A DNA stretch of 60,991 bases, filler included, from Sanchytrium tribonematis (taxonomy: Eukaryota): assembly GCA_018985235.1 (NCBI GenBank). It is 11 parts of 11 records of this genome, joined end to end, with 100 filler letters (N's around TTAATTAATTAA, not from the genome) between each part and the next. Parts side by side here need not be neighbours in the genome. Positions count along the whole stretch, not along the records: positions 38,998 to 44,430 come from JADGIG010000607.1; positions 44,531 to 49,961 come from JADGIG010000608.1; positions 50,062 to 55,484 come from JADGIG010000609.1; 8 more parts are not named here. One strand, 5' to 3'. How positions within the stretch are numbered: the stretch's first letter is position 1; every line of letters begins with the position of its first letter. The notes under the pieces were generated by a model. It was not told the DNA's origin. It saw only the letters and a list, made by a program, of their open reading frames with translations, and searched no databases. The translations under genes and the position numbers were made by a program. Shown one piece after another: positions 42,393 to 52,237 of the stretch.

Positions 42393-43749
42393 CTATTGCT
42401 CTGTTCCAATAACAAGGACTTCATAATAGTGATCAAATGCGAAAACTTTTGTAAATGTAGACCAAAATCCAGGTTCAAGCGGGGACAATGCAGGTATATT
42501 ATTCTCCATACGCAGATAATATTCATCGCAATAAAACAATAAAAGTAGACCATAACCAATCATGAGAACAAACCACATGAAAATGTTAAATGGTAGATAG
42601 AACATGCCTTGTGGGTCTGGTTTTTTGAAAAAAAAGAACAAAACACCAGGCCCGGCATACATGAACATCAAAACTGGGTAAAAAAATCCAAATGCCACGG
42701 AAAGTATAATTTCGTGAATCACTGCAGATATCCAAATAACTGTAACTGCTGCAATATTTTTTGCAAAAGAAAAAGACAAATACTGTTGTAAATAAGCGAC
42801 GCAAGGACAAAATAAATAAGCATATAGCCAGTCGTAAATAACAGCATTCTATGTGAATTGTAAATACCCATCGTCTATAATATTCCGAATATGAAGATGC
42901 CGTCCACCATTCAGAATAAAATCTCCTGTCTCCAAATCTCAATATTTCAGACATGAAATTTAACCAAGAGTGCAAAAATCCATAAAAAACTAAAAATGAT
43001 ATCATTGTGCCTGGTATGATTAAATTAAAATAGTGTATGAAAAAGTTGGTAGTGTACCTTTTTCGGTGCAATTCCAAATAAGAAGTATTAATCCAAATCA
43101 TTGATAGAAAAAACACGCAACACAAAGCATCTACTAAATATCGAATTGCTTTTTTCCACCGAATTTTATCCCTCAAAGGATATTCGTTTCGAAACACCAT
43201 CGAAGGGCACAGTAGGAAATATATATAATGGTGAAAGCCGGTGTAATGGTAGTTTGTTTCTAAAGGCTTATCGTCATTCTTTTTCTCTAGACTGAGGTCG
43301 CCATCGTTCATGACTCTCGCATAAATAAAGGCATATGTTTTCATTACTAATCTAATAGATTCTGCCATAATTATCATGGCACTTCCTAATGGCAGTTTGA
43401 AATGTAAAGTAAAAACTGCAGATGATAAAAAAACTATAAACATATAAAACCAACCAAAAATTAGCCAGATTTTTCCACTTTTAGGATTCAAAAAATAAAT
43501 AGTTAACGTCAAAAATACATTAATGCACCAGCCAATAATAGTAATATGCCATTTCTCAAAGGCCCACAGTATCAAATCAAGGTCAAATATTCTGTTTTGC
43601 ATGATGTAATTTTGTGCACCTAAATTTATCAAGAAAATAAGATATATGGCGAAAGCAATTGAATAAATGCTCTTCACATGCTTGTCTTGCTCAAATAATT
43701 GATCTAATAAGGAATCCTCAACTTTAAATTCCCTACGTCGCAAAAGCAT
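42393..43749 (-). CDS. Sterol O-acyltransferase (SOAT/ACAT/ARE, MBOAT family); intron at 42849-42867
   Basis: LHSWLNF.SE.LRFGDRRFYSEWW, spliced YYRRW|NAVIYDWLY, SAVIHE (catalytic His), FGFFYPVL. Confidence 0.92.
42849..42867 (-). other. 19-nt spliceosomal intron (predicted)
   Basis: GTATTTACAATTCACATAG; removal restores the MBOAT R.WN..V..W motif and joins two track ORFs. Confidence 0.9.
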
Positions 43750-43851
43750 TAATTGTCTCAATCAACCCCCTATCAAAATATTAATTAGGCGTGCCGGTGC
43801 CATACTAAACAAGATTTTCGAGTTTATATTTAAAATCAAAGATAATTTTAT

Positions 43852-44043
43852 TCATTTACCTATACCCCGTTGAGCTTTCTTGATAGTCGAGGAAGATTCC
43901 TGAGAACTATCATGATATCTGGGCTTATGGTTAAAACTTTTCGGCTGCGATACGTGTTTAAATTTTCTGACATTCTCTGATTTCGCATGATGAGGCAAAG
44001 GATGTTCCAAATGATTCATTATAAGTTGGGGAGACTTGGTCAT
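43852..44043 (-). CDS. Small basic hypothetical protein
   Basis: Short ATG ORF whose stop overlaps AATAAA. Confidence 0.35.
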   Translation of the reverse strand: MTKSPQLIMNHLEHPLPHHAKSENVRKFKHVSQPKSFNHKPRYHDSSQESSSTIKKAQRGIGK

Positions 44044-44266
44044 TATATTCAAATGACTAAAATTTTAGAGGAAAAAATAGCGAAACAATTGCGTGAAAAA
44101 AGAATATTCAAAACACCACTTATAACTCAGAGCTTGTCACTTTAAATGCATCCAGATAAGGATCTGTCCTGCAATAATAAATTGAATGCATATTAGAATT
44201 ACTAGCATAAAGAATCTTTATTGTTATCAGTTTTGGGTTTGACATATTGTATTAAAATTTCAGGAG

Positions 44267-44430
44267 ATGACACAACCTATCGAGTGTACTGCAGCTATTT
44301 GCTGGGGACCAAATCAATCTCTTAAACTTGAGAAGATCATCGTTGATCCTCCTAAATCAGGAGAAGTTCGCATCAAATGCATCAATACTGCTCTGTGTCA
44401 CACTGATACCTACACAAAAGAAGGTCACGA
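44267..44430 (+). CDS. Class III alcohol/formaldehyde dehydrogenase, N-terminal fragment
   Basis: IECTAAICW...PPKSGEVRIK....LCHTD.YT..G. Confidence 0.88.
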
Positions 44431-44530
44431 NNNNNNNNNNNNNNNNNNNNNNNNNNNNNNNNNNNNNNNNNNNNTTAATTAATTAANNNNNNNNNNNNNN
44501 NNNNNNNNNNNNNNNNNNNNNNNNNNNNNN

Positions 44531-44862
44531 TTTTTGCAGTTGATTTGAAAACTGAAGGTGATAAATTTCACGATTCTATTCAATCAAATCCATCTGATGC
44601 AGTGAATGCCCAAAAGCAATTCAGCGACTCCCAAAAACAATGGGCAGATGATTTTGCGAATGGAAACCACCAAGATGAGGCAAATCATTGGTTAAGTGTC
44701 ACCAATGGTACTTGGAATGGAACTGGTACGCCAGATACTTCCTCAGATTCCACAGACTCCAATTCTACTGATACGAATTCTGACAACAAAGATTCCAACT
44801 CATCTTCGTCTGCTGCAAACAAATATCCTTATTTGATTACTTTATGGTTGGCAATTCAATAA
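44531..44862 (+). CDS. Small surface protein, GPI-like tail, 5' end cut by contig edge
   Basis: IQSNPSDAVNAQKQF helix, S/D/N-rich stalk, hydrophobic end. Confidence 0.6.
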
Positions 44863-44976
44863 ATCGAATCATTCATTCAAAACTGTATGCTCCTAGGAAT
44901 CCAAGGATTACAAGGGCTTTTTCCCAATTTTGATTGGCTTGCAGACCTTTTTCAATGCGATTCTCCCGAATCACAA

Positions 44977-45261
44977 ATGATTTGGATAATTACCTTGAAT
45001 GCATTATCTTTCAACGAGCTTCTTCAAAAGTATCAAAATGCAATCCAATCTGCTTCCAATCCCTCTGAAGTCACTCAAGCACAGAATGATTTTCAAAAGG
45101 AATTAAAATCTTTTGCAGATTCAATTGCGAGTGATGCATCAGGCAATAATTCACTAGATTTCAATATCACTAGACCTGATGTATTGCCCAAGGCAGCTAA
45201 AAAGAGCTCATCAATGCCAATATTATTTAATTTGAGTTATTTATTGCTCTTTTGGCTTTAA
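44977..45261 (+). CDS. Small secreted/GPI-like paralogue of the upstream gene
   Basis: MIWIITLNALS start; IQSASNPSEVTQAQNDF matches the neighbour; hydrophobic C-terminus. Confidence 0.6.
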   Translation: MIWIITLNALSFNELLQKYQNAIQSASNPSEVTQAQNDFQKELKSFADSIASDASGNNSLDFNITRPDVLPKAAKKSSSMPILFNLSYLLLFWL

Positions 45262-45434
45262 TCATTGGTAATTGGACTGGATACTGGTGCTCTCGCCATA
45301 CAAATAATTCGTCGACAATGCCGTAGAAAGACTCGAGAATCCCGCGTGTCCTCCTATAATAAATGACGTCATTTGTCAGAACAATGATTTGATTTTACCC
45401 CAAATATATAGGAGAACTGCTTCAAACACCTACC

Positions 45435-45569
45435 ATGGCGCCAAAAGAAGAGTTCAAAGCAAAACCTAGCAGTAAAAGTGAAAAGAATAAACCAAAGGGT
45501 GGTAAAGCGAAGGATGAGCAACGTGCAAAACGTAAAGCTGCCAAAGAAGCTAAAGCGGCTACTAGATAG
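45435..45569 (+). CDS. 44-aa Lys/Ala-rich microprotein (below ORF-track cutoff)
   Basis: MAPKEEFKAKPSSKSEKNKPKGGKAKDEQRAKRKAAKEAKAATR*; TATATA about 30 nt upstream, ACCATGG context, AATAAA 5 nt after the stop. Confidence 0.65.
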   Translation: MAPKEEFKAKPSSKSEKNKPKGGKAKDEQRAKRKAAKEAKAATR

Positions 45570-45860
45570 AGTGAATAAATGATTTGGGATATAAACTACA
45601 TCCATTTTAAACCGAATGATCTACTTTTCATTGGTAGACGTGCTGTTTTGGGTAGGCATCATGCCAATCAAATGCTGTCTCATCTGGATTTCTCTCTAAA
45701 AATGTTGGAATTTTGAATAAATTTTGAAATAAATTAGATGTGGCTCGTTAAATATCATCCTCAACCAAATCTTTCTTTATCAAATGTCATGGGTCATCAA
45801 AAGCATCAATTTTAATACGTCGCAGGCCAATTTGTTTCTGAATTCATTTTAGAAATTAAA

Positions 45861-47589
45861 ATGATTTTCTCATGTTGTAAATCTACCATTAGATGTCCTA
45901 TATGTACCCACAAATTATCAAAATCAACCAAATGTAAAGTATGTGACTCACTTAAGACCACCAGAAGTTTAAATCAATGTTTTTCTTTCCAAGAAATGCT
46001 CAAATTCTATTCTACAGACACATACTCTTACTGGCTCTTTGAAAACATTCAATCTGGTCAATTTTATGATTATTTATTGTATCTACACCATATCACATAC
46101 ACATCTGTCCCAATTGAAAATGCAGCCAGAATTTTGAATATTTTTGGAAGAAATCCATTAAAAACAATGCATATCCCAAATCATTGGTTATCAGACTATG
46201 TCCAATTTATAGTCAAATTTATTAATCAGATATCCAATCGATCTAAATATGAATATGCTTTACAGGGTGCGATTTTATCACTTGATAAATTATATTGCTT
46301 AAATATGAGTCAAAATGCAGTAGATTCGACTTATTTTATATGTCAGATGCTAGAATACTCTCTAGATGTGAAATCGGACTTTAAAAGATACAAATCCAAG
46401 AAATTTAGTGTTTTAAATCATGTATTTGTGCTTCCTGTTAATTTAAAGTTGAAATATTTAGAATTATTGACAGATCATACTCATAAAATCAAGTTTTTTG
46501 ACCCTAGACATCTCTATATCAATAGAAATACCCTGGTGAGTGATTCAAAAATCCAATTGAAATCTATTAAAACAAATAGGAAATTGAGGGTTGAATTTGA
46601 AGGTGAAGAAGGGATTGATGCGGGTGGAATGGTGAGAGAATGGTCTGTTTTGATGAGTGATTATTTGGCCAGATTCTGTTTCAAAAATGATTGGATTTCT
46701 GAGGATGCTGATGATGAAAATATGTATATTCTAGGATTAATTTATGCTTTATCACTTTTTAATGGGACAGTATTGAATATAAATCTGCCAGTTTATTGGT
46801 TTAAAATGCTATTTGATGAATATTTGACAAATGCTGATTTTAATGCTTTATTCCCTACAGAATGTAAACATTTGAACACTTTACTAAACGAACAAGATAA
46901 TGAGGCATTTGATGATTTATTTGGTGTATTAACATTCTCTAGAATCCTTGAAAATGGCAGAGTTCATGAATTTACTAGAAATGGGTCCTATTTATCACTT
47001 TCTAAATCTAATCTACATGAATATATCCATTTATATAAACAATCCTTGTTGTATTCTGGTAATCAACAGGGATTTAGATCATTTTACGATGGATTTTGGA
47101 GTATTTTACCAAAACAATCTCAAGTTTCAAATTTATTCCGTCCTAAAGATTTACATTGGATTATACAGGGTGATGCCATTATTGATTTGAGACCACTACG
47201 GGATATTTGCATTTATGATTATTCACTTTATCCAATTAAACAAATGAATCCAAAATATCCCCTTCAAAAATTCATTAGAGATTTTTGGGATATTTTGATT
47301 AATGAAATGGATACGCAACAAAAACAAAAGTTTTTAAGATTCTCCACTGGCTGTGATAAAATTAGCACACCTCGTTTTTGTACTACAAAAGAATTTGATA
47401 GACGCGGTCTATATTTTAGAATTAGCATTAGTGGATTAGATTCTGATCATTTGCCAATTGCGCATACTTGTAAATATCATTTATTTAGGTTTTCATGAGA
47501 TTAATTTACGACATTATGCGAATAAACAGAAGTTACGTGAGAAATTGTTTTATGCGATAAATGAATGCTCACAATTTAATATTCAGTAA
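45861..47589 (+). CDS. HECT E3 ubiquitin ligase; intron at 47470-47488
   Basis: LRVEFEGEEGIDAGG..REW, FLRFSTG; spliced end LPIAHTCFHEINLRHYANKQKLREKLFYAINECSQF. Confidence 0.93.
47470..47488 (+). other. 19-nt spliceosomal intron (predicted)
   Basis: GTAAATATCATTTATTTAG; interrupts the catalytic Cys codon; removal restores the HECT C-terminal helix and terminal Phe. Confidence 0.92.
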
Positions 47590-47936
47590 ATATCATTGTA
47601 TTTTGAATGTGAAATGTAGTTTTCGACTGCAATAGTTGTTCAATTTGTTACTTTTTCATAATATATCTAAAAGTTGCAACCTCAAGGTTGTACCACTTCA
47701 AGTTTCTGTGCAACATTTCCAACATGTAAGAAAACGATCAGAACAAGATTTGCAACAACCAAAATACAAGCAAAATATGTTATTGAAGATACGCCATGAA
47801 CAACCGTCTAATGTAACTTGTACTTAATCGGAATTCAAATCGTTTCATAAAAAGCAAAGATCACTGGGTAATTTAGGAGTCAAAGGAGTAGAAAGGAGCG
47901 TACAAAAAGCAGACAGTCGCCCCCAAAGTGATTCAA

Positions 47937-48683
47937 ATGAAATGTTCGGCTACATTCCTTGCAGCACTATCTGTTCTCCCCAGAATTGGACAGCATGTAC
48001 CATCGTCCCCTCCTGTACCACACACTTTACCAGTTTGTGCTGTTTCTCGTGAATCTGTGTGCAGAATTCCAGACCCTATAGACCATGCTGAAGTTTGTCA
48101 ATTTATTGGAACTTCCTCATCTTCATATGCACTTCCTACTGTTCCATTGAATACACTGCAAAACGGTGGTTTCTATAAATTGTCTCTAGAAATTTTAAAA
48201 GCCATTGAAATACTGCATCAAGCTCACAGACCGCATGGAAATGTAAGAGCTGAAAATGTGATGCGATGCGGTGATCAATTCAAATTGACCGAACCTCGAG
48301 AAGGTATTTTAGAATATTCTGGTGAAAAAAACATTGATACTATCCAAATTCTTTATTTTCCTCATGATAGCCATAGAAATCGCAGGTATGAAACCTCATA
48401 TTTGGATATTGTTGCGTATGCTAAAATGCTGTATCATGTTTTATACGGAGAAAAATATAACTGTGCCCTGTATGAATTGCATTACGATGAGGATGATTTG
48501 CGTTTTTCTAAAATATTCCAGTATAATGAAAGAGTTTCACAGATTTTGACTAGTGAAGAATTTGAATCGTTAAAATTATTGTGGAAAAAGACAATTCCAA
48601 AATACATTGGAGTATATCCTACTGTGGAGGGTGTATTGAATGGACCATGGTTTACCTCAAAAGCAAGTCAATTAAGCGATTGA
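47937..48683 (+). CDS. Putative secreted pseudokinase
   Basis: Hydrophobic N-terminus; AIEILH..HRPHGNVRAENVM..G..FKLTEP (HRD to HGN, DFG to EPR); D..AY.KMLY. Confidence 0.7.
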   Translation: MKCSATFLAALSVLPRIGQHVPSSPPVPHTLPVCAVSRESVCRIPDPIDHAEVCQFIGTSSSSYALPTVPLNTLQNGGFYKLSLEILKAIEILHQAHRPHGNVRAENVMRCGDQFKLTEPREGILEYSGEKNIDTIQILYFPHDSHRNRRYETSYLDIVAYAKMLYHVLYGEKYNCALYELHYDEDDLRFSKIFQYNERVSQILTSEEFESLKLLWKKTIPKYIGVYPTVEGVLNGPWFTSKASQLSD

Positions 48684-48936
48684 TTGAATCAACTTAAGCA
48701 AAAGAACAATAAATAATGCAACTTAGATTGTTTATCCAAGTATTTCACAAATGCTTGCCACACGCCCACACCCGATTGAATTTGTGCGTCAAGGTTACAA
48801 TCAATTGTTAATAAGCTTGCACTAATAACAGATTCACAAATGTGTTTAATGGGAATGAGGGTCCACAATTTAAATGTTGATTGCAGTTTCTTTGATTACC
48901 GCACAAGGAATCCAGTTCTTCTGACCGCGCTTCACA

Positions 48937-49187
48937 TGTTGACTCAAAAGAATCCATCCAACTCAACTCAAAATTATACGCATGATCAAGTCCAACAAAA
49001 ACCACCAAAGAATCTTGCACATGCAACACATTCCAATCCTGGTGACGAAAGTAAATATGCAACTGCACCTAACAATTCTTCATCTGCTCAAGAAACACAA
49101 TCTACAGATTCATCTGAGAAAGAATCGTATGCTTACATCTTCTACCATCTCATTGACCGTATTGGGTGCTGTTTTATTGGGATTTAA
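48937..49187 (+). CDS. Small low-complexity hypothetical protein
   Basis: S/T/Q/N-rich ORF followed by AATAAA; start uncertain. Confidence 0.35.
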
Positions 49188-49257
49188 ATAAAATCAATTC
49201 AACGGGGAAATCATTTGATGTCATTTATGATGTCATATTACAAATAAAACATCTCAC

Positions 49258-49961
49258 ATGTTTTATCTCTTTTGCATTACATTCTCACTCGTCAATCCAT
49301 CCACAGAATACACGAAATCCATTTACAAATATCCAAATGACGCATTGCAATCACTTTATCAATATTACGAGTCTGATCCATCTAATTACTTAATCCGTCT
49401 ATTAAATACACAATATACCCATTCCAATATCATCTGGTATACCGAGCAATGTGAAAACATTTATAATTTATATTTTACAACAAAATCACACATATCTCAT
49501 GAATTATTACATCAAATCACATTAAATAGTCTTCAAGGTATCCAATATCTACACAATCATGGATTATACCATTTAAATATACATTTACATGCCATTGTGA
49601 AATGTGGCAATATTTACAAATTAACTGATTTTCAATATTTATCAAAACAATTGACAATTCATGATATATCATATTCTATGATATACGTACCAGTGCAGTG
49701 GATGATGAGTGATGATATTACGACCACTCATTGGGATTTAGTGAGTTGGTCAAAAATGATTTATCATTTATTGTATTTTAAAGAATTTGATAAATTAATT
49801 GAAATATGCTATGATTCATCTCATTTACACTATTTTGCATATGAACCAGTCAAGAAAGTATTAACTAGACAACAATTTAAGAGGTTATTGGGTGTCTTTG
49901 AATTTGCCATGAATTGCGAATTGGAAAAGAATCAAAATGCAAATGAATTATTGAAATTGGA
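49258..49961 (+). CDS. Putative secreted pseudokinase paralogue, 3' end cut by contig edge
   Basis: MFYLFCITFSL; GIQYLHNHGLYHLNIHLHAIVKCGNIYKLTDFQ; D..SW.KMIYHLLY. Confidence 0.7.
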
Positions 49962-50061
49962 NNNNNNNNNNNNNNNNNNNNNNNNNNNNNNNNNNNNNNN
50001 NNNNNTTAATTAATTAANNNNNNNNNNNNNNNNNNNNNNNNNNNNNNNNNNNNNNNNNNNN

Positions 50062-50517
50062 AAATCTGTAAGTACTAAAATTGACTATATTTTAAAAATT
50101 TGCCTATACTATGGGGAATCCAAAATACTAATCTATAGTTCTTTCACTAGCATATTGCAGGACATTCATGAAAGTTTGAAGGCTGTCACCATAACAAGTG
50201 GGTTTTCTTCTTCAGTGGATCAATTCAAAAAAGGGTCATCCATTAGGGTGTTATTACTAAATACAAAGTTGGAAAATTCTGGTTTATCATTACAGTGCGC
50301 AAATCATATTATTTTTGTGGAACCATTTTCAGATAATAAAATTCATCAGCAAGCATTGGGAAGGATAAGCAGAATTGGCCAAACGAGAGAAACGTTTATT
50401 CATTATGTTTATATGAAAGGCACCTTGGAAGAAGCAATCATGAATAATAAGCAAGTCACAAGTCACGTTAGTTTGAGCCATGGCTTGAATATTGCAGATG
50501 TGATAAACTTTCTTTAA
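50062..50517 (+). CDS. SNF2-family helicase C-terminal domain (Rad5/SHPRH-like), 5' end cut by contig edge
   Basis: STKID, KILIYSSF, VLLL...SGLSLQCANHIIFVEP, QALGRISRIGQTRET. Confidence 0.88.
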   Translation, partial: KSVSTKIDYILKICLYYGESKILIYSSFTSILQDIHESLKAVTITSGFSSSVDQFKKGSSIRVLLLNTKLENSGLSLQCANHIIFVEPFSDNKIHQQALGRISRIGQTRETFIHYVYMKGTLEEAIMNNKQVTSHVSLSHGLNIADVINFL

Positions 50518-51407
50518 ATTAGAGCCAAAAAGGACACATTATTGTTTAATCGTTTGTCGATTGGCATCAGCAACATGTTAGATCGAAATATGTATAAAAT
50601 TTGACTATAAATATCTTCGTCCAACGGCAAGTCAACATCCTTTGTCTCAGTGGGATAAAATAGAAATTTAATGCTTCTTTGAGAATTCACATTAGAAAAT
50701 ATATTAATAATTTGAATTGCAGTACATTTTGAAGCAGTGGCCATGCATACAGTGAAGTCTCCTCGCTGTGATGCACTATGTAAATATTCAGCCATACAAT
50801 CAGATAGTGAATAATTCAAACTATCTGTAAGCGAAACTTTCCATTTCCAAAGCATAGAAAAAGAGTTGTGGACGTGGCCTAAATCCAATTTACATTGAGG
50901 ACAAGATGTAATATTTCCTGGAAGCCAAATATCGAAATCACTTAATAGTAGCTTATTTCTATCCATCAAATCCTCATTGGATAAAGCTGGATTTTTCCAG
51001 GGTGTCTTATGGCAGAAACATTCTGACAAACTTTCATAAAACCCGTCCCATGGTTTTTTGCTCGTAAGTAAATGAGACGTGTCTGCTAATAAATAATCAC
51101 AAAATTTGCATTTAATAGACGCGACGTTGTTGACTCTTTGCCGCTTAATATATTTTGGCTTTGCTAAAACAGGCTCATAGAATACAATAAGTCGTAAACC
51201 ACCTTTCACACCAGTTAATTTACATGAATCTAAATTAAGTCTTTTTGTCTCTATAATTCTGTCATCAATTATAATAGAGTCTTTGAGAACTTTTAAATTG
51301 CATGCTTCTACAAAGTCAAGTTCTAAATGGTCTTTGAATTCTTCCAAGAACATTCCTTTTGTTACAACCCACTTTCTCCACTTACAACTTAATACTTGTA
51401 ATGCCAT
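50514..51407 (-). CDS. HECT-like E2-binding protein (UBE3D/Ipa1-like)
   Basis: IKCKFC, P...E.....CH, CPQC...LG, L.KW pattern. Confidence 0.6.
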   Translation of the reverse strand: MALQVLSCKWRKWVVTKGMFLEEFKDHLELDFVEACNLKVLKDSIIIDDRIIETKRLNLDSCKLTGVKGGLRLIVFYEPVLAKPKYIKRQRVNNVASIKCKFCDYLLADTSHLLTSKKPWDGFYESLSECFCHKTPWKNPALSNEDLMDRNKLLLSDFDIWLPGNITSCPQCKLDLGHVHNSFSMLWKWKVSLTDSLNYSLSDCMAEYLHSASQRGDFTVCMATASKCTAIQIINIFSNVNSQRSIKFLFYPTETKDVDLPLDEDIYSQILYIFRSNMLLMPIDKRLNNNVSFLALI

Positions 51408-51508
51408 GTGTTACATCAAAAAACCAACAATTGATTTAATTTTCGAGAATATATACCAATTATTTATTAGGGTATTTAGAAAAACTTAATAATTATTCAT
51501 ACTGGCCC

Positions 51509-51937
51509 CTAAATCAATGTAATGTACCTCAGTCTTCGAACAAGGTCTAAATCTCTCTTCATTAATGTGACTCGCTTGGAATGTATTGCGCAAAGCATGC
51601 TGTCTTCAAATAAAGTAACCAAATATGCCTCTGCCGATTCTTGCAGTGCCATCAAAGCACCAGCTTGCCATCTATATTCTTGTGCTTGAAAAACATGATC
51701 CCTCTGCAAACTCCCTACTATTTGTCTACAAAGCCTTCCAAAGGGAGCTTTGCGTATCAATAAATTTGTAGACTTTTGATATTTCCGAATTTCTTGAAGT
51801 GCACGGGTCCCAGGCTTAAAACGATGCTGTTTCTTAGGAACGGTTTTACCAACTTGTTTAACGCTTTTTCTTGGAGATACACGCTTCGTAGACATGAATT
51901 TCATTCTATCTTGGAGTGAAGGTACCTTGCCCGACAT
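51509..51937 (-). CDS. Centromeric histone H3 variant (CENP-A/Cse4)
   Basis: H3 fold ([20 protein letters not shown]) with divergent N-tail, extended loop 1, RWQ, and no Gln at the canonical PFQR position. Confidence 0.88.
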   Translation of the reverse strand: MSGKVPSLQDRMKFMSTKRVSPRKSVKQVGKTVPKKQHRFKPGTRALQEIRKYQKSTNLLIRKAPFGRLCRQIVGSLQRDHVFQAQEYRWQAGALMALQESAEAYLVTLFEDSMLCAIHSKRVTLMKRDLDLVRRLRYITLI

Positions 51938-52237
51938 CGAAATTTAGAATGTTTCAGAGGACTAAAAACCCCAAATTTTTTGCAATCAATTGAAGTCGAG
52001 TTCGAAAGTTATTAACGAGTTGCTACTAGCAATTTTTATAAAAGTAAAATCAAAATCCCGCTACCCAGTTGCGAGACCACAGGAACTTGGAGATAGCCGG
52101 ATTAAATAATTTAAGTTATATAAATTTTATCATCAGGATGGATCCAGCAGGCACACACAATTACAGATTGAATCTTCAGCCTTGAATTAAATCCTTCTAT
52201 AAAATTATAAAACGTTACGTCCATAGTTTCAAAGATA

